Source: Spirochaetia bacterium (GTDB taxonomy: Bacteria; Spirochaetota; Spirochaetia; UBA9216). From it: a stretch of 64,000 nt of DNA. The position numbers and the translations under genes were made by a program. Below, piece after piece: positions 58,918 through 64,000 of the stretch; position 1 is the stretch's first letter, and the number at the start of each line of letters is the position of its first letter. The DNA lies in NCBI GenBank assembly GCA_963677925.2, contig CAXXYH010000004.1, positions 2,368,001-2,432,000 on the forward strand, given 5' to 3'. The notes under the pieces are model-generated. The model had not been told where the DNA came from. It saw nothing but the letters and a program-made list of their open reading frames with translations, and made no database searches.

Positions 58918-61086
58918 ATGAGCAGTCCATTTCTTTCGACATCAGAGAAAAGCCGGGGGCTTAAGCACCATTATCGTCACCAGCTGCTAAACGGCATCGG
59001 ATTTAACTTTCTGGGCGATACACCTGTATATCTGCTGGCCTTATATTTCGGGGCAACCAATACAGAGCTTGGATTTATAAGTTCTGTTCTGTATGTTGCA
59101 GGTATTCTTCTTTCAATTACCCCCAGGCTGCTTGCCGGTAAAGATATCGTAAAAATTCAGTATCTTGCATGGCTTATTCGCGGAGTTCTCTGTCTTTCCT
59201 ATACAGCTCTGTTTTTTTTACAGGGACGAGCGGCTGTATGGCTGATACTGATAACATATACGCTTTTCTGCTCATCACGAATCGTCGGAGCGTCTATGTA
59301 TCAGCCGCTGATCCGGATGATTTCCACTACCCGCAACCGGGGGAATGTTCTTGCAGGCTCTTCGCTGAGATTTCAGATTTCAGCTACTCTTTCAAAGGTA
59401 ATCAGTTTTGCAGTTACATCACTAAAGCATCTGGGAGGAGTGACCGGAATTCTTTTTATGACTCTCGGCGGTGTGATTATTAACACCTTTGCCGCGCTTG
59501 AGATTAAAAAAATTCCATGCAGGGAGAAAGTCAGATATAAAAAAGGAAGAAATGTCTTTGTTATCTTTCTTGAATCCGTAAAAGTAAGAAATCTCCGGCA
59601 GCGAATAATTCTCTCAATAATAAACGCAGGGCTGATTGTTCTTTTCGGGTTTGCTGTTCCATTTCTGCGTAATGATGCCGGGTTTTCAAATTCCGAAGTT
59701 TTTCTTGTAACAGTGACCGCCGGGATTGCTACCATTGCCTCTGCTTATTTTTCAAAGGGGTTCGCAGATCGCCTGGGGAGCCGTCCGCTTATAATCTGGG
59801 TAATTGTACTTCTTACAGCCGCGTCACTTCTCTGGGCTTTACTTCCGTATACTCCCTACAAAGCGGTCTACTATCTCGCTCTTTTTCTTTCAACATTTTT
59901 TCTCAGAGCCAATGACCTTCTGGTAAACAGGCTTATTGTAGGAAGCATGCCTGAAAATGATTCGGTCGGTTTTTCAAGTATGCTGAACTTTTTTATAGCG
60001 TTTTTTGCTCTGATAATCGGTATTACAGGCGGAAAGCTGGCTGATTTCTCAAAAATCAGTGACTCTTTTGCTGCTGTAAACGGATATTCCTTCACCTTTA
60101 TATTTGCGGCTGTGCTATGTCTGTTTTCTCTGTTTATTTCTCTCAGGATAAAAGAAAGCGGTTCAATTTCACCTGCTGAGGCTGCTTCCATAATTTTTTC
60201 CCCGTCAAATCTTTCGACATATCAGAGTATTTCCAAACTTGATTCAACTGAAAACGCCATCCAGCGTAAAACACTACTGATGAATATCGGACTTAATAAT
60301 TCCAAAATGGCAACGGATGAGATCCGAAACATTTTATCCAGCCCTCTCTCTTCCGATAAAGGCGAATTAATTACTTCACTGTATACAAACCATCGGCCGA
60401 TTCTTCTTCCTGAACTTCTGCATGAAGCTGAGGAACCTTATTCATATCACCGGCTGAAGGCTATATTTGCTCTGGGCGCATATCCCTCGGTTGAAACCCA
60501 GGATCTGCTGTTAAGGCTGCTTGATGATCAGGATCCGGCTGTTGTTTCAAATGCAGCCAAATCTCTTGGCAGGATAGGCTGTACAACCGCTTATGATAAG
60601 GTTAAAAAACTTGCATCATTTCCGACCACGATCTGGAACACACTTAATTTCATTATTGCCATGTATCATCTCGATACAGGTGGAGAATATTTGAATGATA
60701 TCTTCTCGGTAGACAAAACAGCCAACGGGGATACTTTTAACCAGACCGTGTACAGTCTTTATGCAAACCTGTACCAGATGGAGCCTCCGCTCTCAGTTAT
60801 TTTCCAGGAGAGAAATATGATGAAGGGGCAGGGACTTCGGGATTTCCTGGATGAAGCACGAGAAGAGGAGAAATTTCTTCATAATCATCGAAATTTTCTT
60901 GAGTGGTTCAGGGATGATGAACTCGAAAATATCTGGAACCTCTGTAAGGATATACTTCAGACAAAGACCGTCCCTGATTATTATTCGGGCATAAAAAAAA
61001 GCATCATCAAATTCCCTTCTGACAAAGGAGCTTATGATGATGCTTTAGCAGCAGTATATTTTACATATCAGCTGCTTAAGATGTAG
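58918..61086 (+). CDS. MFS transporter fused to HEAT repeats
   Basis: About 12 TM segments with motif A-like GFADRLGSRP; C-terminal AIFALG...LLDDQDPAVVSNAAKSLGRIG. Confidence 0.8.
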   Translation: MSSPFLSTSEKSRGLKHHYRHQLLNGIGFNFLGDTPVYLLALYFGATNTELGFISSVLYVAGILLSITPRLLAGKDIVKIQYLAWLIRGVLCLSYTALFFLQGRAAVWLILITYTLFCSSRIVGASMYQPLIRMISTTRNRGNVLAGSSLRFQISATLSKVISFAVTSLKHLGGVTGILFMTLGGVIINTFAALEIKKIPCREKVRYKKGRNVFVIFLESVKVRNLRQRIILSIINAGLIVLFGFAVPFLRNDAGFSNSEVFLVTVTAGIATIASAYFSKGFADRLGSRPLIIWVIVLLTAASLLWALLPYTPYKAVYYLALFLSTFFLRANDLLVNRLIVGSMPENDSVGFSSMLNFFIAFFALIIGITGGKLADFSKISDSFAAVNGYSFTFIFAAVLCLFSLFISLRIKESGSISPAEAASIIFSPSNLSTYQSISKLDSTENAIQRKTLLMNIGLNNSKMATDEIRNILSSPLSSDKGELITSLYTNHRPILLPELLHEAEEPYSYHRLKAIFALGAYPSVETQDLLLRLLDDQDPAVVSNAAKSLGRIGCTTAYDKVKKLASFPTTIWNTLNFIIAMYHLDTGGEYLNDIFSVDKTANGDTFNQTVYSLYANLYQMEPPLSVIFQERNMMKGQGLRDFLDEAREEEKFLHNHRNFLEWFRDDELENIWNLCKDILQTKTVPDYYSGIKKSIIKFPSDKGAYDDALAAVYFTYQLLKM

Positions 61087-61263
61087 CCTTGCATTCAATT
61101 CAAACAGGCAACAGGATTTTTACATCCAACTTTTTATAATTTACCTTTTTCTTTGTTTTTAAATTCAATTTTATAAATTATCTTAACTTTTTTGTTTTTC
61201 AAAAATAGTATCTTATTTTCTAATAGATTTAACACATATACAAGAAAAATGCTTTCTTTCGGC

Positions 61264-61281
61264 ATACCACTTTGGTGGTAT
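61264..61281. promoter_or_regulatory. Perfect inverted repeat in an AT-rich intergenic region
   Basis: ATACCAC-TTTG-GTGGTAT. Confidence 0.4.
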
Positions 61282-61337
61282 ATATTAGTCAAGATTCCTG
61301 ATGCTCCATAAATAATGTAAAGATGTTAACTTTATAA

Positions 61338-61379
61338 TTGACTATTGATTAAGCTGTCCTTATATTTAAGTAAACTTAA
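61338..61379 (+). promoter_or_regulatory. sigma70 promoter with overlapping MarR-type palindrome
   Basis: TTGACT-17-TATATT followed by TTAAGT-AA-ACTTAA (61366-61379). Confidence 0.65.
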
Positions 61380-61402
61380 CTATTTGGACGGCTAACAGAT
61401 CT

Positions 61403-61852
61403 ATGAATAAGCAGACAGAACTAAATACCGCACTTCAAAGACTTACGAGAATTAGCATGCAGAATTCAATGCGTGGGTTTATGACGATGTCAAAAAAACT
61501 GAATCTATCAATGTCGCAGATCGGTGCAATGATGCATATAAACAGATGCAGGAGCTGCGGGGTTTCAAATATTGGCGAGGAACTGGGAATCACCAATGCA
61601 GCCAGCAGTCAGTTACTGGAAAGGCTTGTTCAAAGCGGGTACATCATCAGGGTAGAGAATCCTGATGACAGACGTGCAAAAAAAATTGAACTCACCGAAA
61701 AAGGAACAAAACTAATAAAACAGGGTAACCGGATTCGTTACGATTGGATAAGCGGTCTGACAGAAAGCTTCTCTGAAGATGAATTGGATGCTGTTTTAAA
61801 TGGAGTGAATATATTGATAAGGAAATCAAATGAAATGGAGTATGCAGAATGA
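61403..61852 (+). CDS. MarR family regulator
   Basis: LERLVQSGYIIRVENPDDRRAKKIELTEKG winged helix. Confidence 0.93.
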   Translation: MNKQTELNTALQRLTRISMQNSMRGFMTMSKKLNLSMSQIGAMMHINRCRSCGVSNIGEELGITNAASSQLLERLVQSGYIIRVENPDDRRAKKIELTEKGTKLIKQGNRIRYDWISGLTESFSEDELDAVLNGVNILIRKSNEMEYAE

Positions 61853-64000
61853 TCTTAAAACTTGGTAAATACTTAAAGCCATACCTCCCGGCAGTACTGT
61901 TCTCAATACTGCTGCTTTTTATTCAGGCCAATGCAGACCTTGCACTGCCTGACTATATGTCAAAAATTGTTAATACTGGTATCCAGCAGGGCGGTATTGA
62001 CAGCTCAGTCCCGGTGGCAGTGAGTGAAGACGGCATGTCGCTATTAAAACTTTTTATGAATGATGAGGACATTGATACGGTCGAGTCGTCGTATTTGAAA
62101 ACTGAGGTTAATACAGATGTTCTCATTGAAACTTATCCGGCAGCTGTCGGCGGGAATCTCTACCTGCTGAGATCTGTTGATGAGGCATTGCTTGATGAAT
62201 TGAGCGAGCTCATGGCTCCGGCACTGATAGCCGCAGGTAATGTCGATAAAATGCCCATCCCGGAAGGGGCTGATCCTGCTGCTGTACTTAGCGCCATGAG
62301 TTCAGAACAGCGCCTGATGATTCTTGAGCAGATGACTTCATCAATACAGGCTATGTCGCCTTCTATGATTGAACAGGCTGCCGTAAGTTCTGTAAAGGCA
62401 GAATATGAGGCCCTGGGGATGGATACAGCTTCGATCCAGCACAAATATATTCTTAGAATCGGGGGGCAGATGCTTCTGCTCACTCTTGTTGCTGCTTTTT
62501 GTACAATTGTAGTCGGTTTTCTTGCTTCACGGGTTGCTGCCGGATTTTCCAGGGATCTGCGTTCAAGTATTTTTGAAAGGGTTGAAAACTTTTCAAGCCG
62601 TGAATTTGACAAGTTTTCGACAGCTTCCCTTATCACGAGAAGCACCAACGATATTACCCAGCTTCAGATGGTTATTGTCATGCTGATAAGAATGGTTTTT
62701 TATGCTCCGATTATCGGAGTCGGCGGTATAATAAGGGCTATCGGAAAAAACTCCTCCATGTGGTGGGTTATCGCCTCAGCCGTAGGAGCGCTCAGCATTA
62801 TAGTGATAATCATGTATTTTGTTGCTATTCCCAAATTCAAGCTGATGCAGAAACTTGTTGACCGGCTTAATCTGGTCAGCCGTGAAGGGCTTTCAGGCAT
62901 GCTCGTTATCCGCGCCTTTAATATGCAGCCTCATGAGGAAAAACGGTTTGAGAAAGCAAACAGCGATCTCACTGATAATACCCTCTTTGTAAATAGGATT
63001 ATGGTATTCATGATGCCGCTGATGATGCTCATAATGAATGGTCTTTCACTGATAATCATATGGGTAGGCGCTCATCAGATAGCGGACTCTGCAATGCAGG
63101 TCGGTGATATGATGGCTTTTCTCCAGTATGCCATGCAGATTGTAATGTCATTCCTCATGATGTCAATGATGTTCATAATGCTCCCCAGAGCCGCCGTATC
63201 TGCAGTCAGAATAGCCGAGGTCATAGATACTGAACCGACAATAAATGATCCGGAAAAACCGGAAAACTTTGATGATAATTTTAAACCGGAAATAATCTTT
63301 GATAATGTTTCTTTCAAATATCCCGGTGCTCCCGAGAATGTCCTTGATAAAATCAGTTTTACTGCAAAACCGGGACAGACTACGGCAGTTATCGGAGCAA
63401 CAGGTTCAGGTAAATCAACGCTGGTAAACCTTATCCCCAGATTCTACGATGTTACCAGGGGTGCAATAAAAATCGACGGTCTTGATATCCGTCAGCTGAC
63501 TCAGCATGATCTGCGCGATAAAATTGGTTTTGTACCGCAGAAATCAACTTTGTTTTCAGGAACTGTAGAATCCAATCTGAAGTATGCTGATGAAAATGCA
63601 TCAGCTGACTTTGTTGCCGATGCGGCTGAGGTTGCCCAGGCTGCGGAGTTTATCAGCAAACTTGATGATGGTTTCGATTCATCTGTATCCCAGGGGGGCA
63701 GCAACCTCTCCGGCGGTCAGAAACAGAGACTGTCAATTGCCAGGGCTCTTGTAAAGAAGCCCCCGATCTATATTTTTGACGACAGTTTTTCTGCACTGGA
63801 CTACAAAACAGACTCGGCGCTTAGGGAGGCACTTTCCTCTCGAACTGAGAACAGCACTGTAATTATAGTTACCCAGAGGGTTGCTACTGTCATGAGTGCG
63901 GACCAGATCATCGTTATGGAAGACGGCCGGGTTGAAGGTATCGGCACACACCGGGATCTGATGGAAAATTGCGAAACATACCGTGAAATTGCGACATCAC
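61849..64000 (+). CDS. ABC exporter, fused TMD + NBD (3'-truncated by window edge; missing from the ORF track)
   Basis: ATG overlaps the marR stop (MILKLGKYLKPYL...); SLITRSTND, Walker A GATGSGKST, signature LSGGQKQRL and Walker B IYIFDD. Confidence 0.92.
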   Translation, partial: MILKLGKYLKPYLPAVLFSILLLFIQANADLALPDYMSKIVNTGIQQGGIDSSVPVAVSEDGMSLLKLFMNDEDIDTVESSYLKTEVNTDVLIETYPAAVGGNLYLLRSVDEALLDELSELMAPALIAAGNVDKMPIPEGADPAAVLSAMSSEQRLMILEQMTSSIQAMSPSMIEQAAVSSVKAEYEALGMDTASIQHKYILRIGGQMLLLTLVAAFCTIVVGFLASRVAAGFSRDLRSSIFERVENFSSREFDKFSTASLITRSTNDITQLQMVIVMLIRMVFYAPIIGVGGIIRAIGKNSSMWWVIASAVGALSIIVIIMYFVAIPKFKLMQKLVDRLNLVSREGLSGMLVIRAFNMQPHEEKRFEKANSDLTDNTLFVNRIMVFMMPLMMLIMNGLSLIIIWVGAHQIADSAMQVGDMMAFLQYAMQIVMSFLMMSMMFIMLPRAAVSAVRIAEVIDTEPTINDPEKPENFDDNFKPEIIFDNVSFKYPGAPENVLDKISFTAKPGQTTAVIGATGSGKSTLVNLIPRFYDVTRGAIKIDGLDIRQLTQHDLRDKIGFVPQKSTLFSGTVESNLKYADENASADFVADAAEVAQAAEFISKLDDGFDSSVSQGGSNLSGGQKQRLSIARALVKKPPIYIFDDSFSALDYKTDSALREALSSRTENSTVIIVTQRVATVMSADQIIVMEDGRVEGIGTHRDLMENCETYREIATS

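Noticed and set aside
62160-63951. Several minus-strand ORFs near the window end
   Set aside because: They are shadows of the plus-strand ABC exporter (61849 to beyond 64000), which the track omitted because it has no stop inside the window.

Overview
Chromosomal window from an anaerobic or facultative spirochete (Spirochaetota, inferred from the P83/100-family protein and a PEGA/M23/PBP1A block). No rRNA, tRNA, CRISPR or IS element was seen. Content in order: a cell-envelope block (P83/100, short ParB, PBP1A, PEGA, LysM-M23); cNMP-TPR, Crp and queH; a sensory plus electron-bifurcating [FeFe]-hydrogenase operon (hfsABC-like followed by hydCBA); Fe-ADH and ABC-F; a Listeria-FLEET-type Ndh2 with a DoxX-like membrane domain, a polyprenyl synthase and ispH; a sigma54-promoter MCP; two membrane-anchored AraC regulators followed by a frameshifted outer-membrane barrel and three large surface lipoproteins; TetR-melB, acuI and LuxR-DUF4097; a Rieske oxygenase, lipases and an RRM protein; a Ser/Thr phospho-signalling operon; and marR with an ABC exporter cut by the window end. 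The best candidates for new biology are: (1) a 178-aa domain of unknown function present both standalone, leading a phosphatase/kinase/TM-FHA/vWA-FHA operon, and as a divergent paralog fused to an HU domain; (2) an unannotated ~90-nt sRNA with a sigma28-type promoter, an anti-SD loop and its own terminator; (3) a GTCC-N14-GGACGA operator repeated before three surface-protein transcription units; (4) flavinylation-like DxxSAAS repeats in Ndh2; (5) pervasive leaderless promoter architecture. All family assignments come from motif recognition, not database searches.
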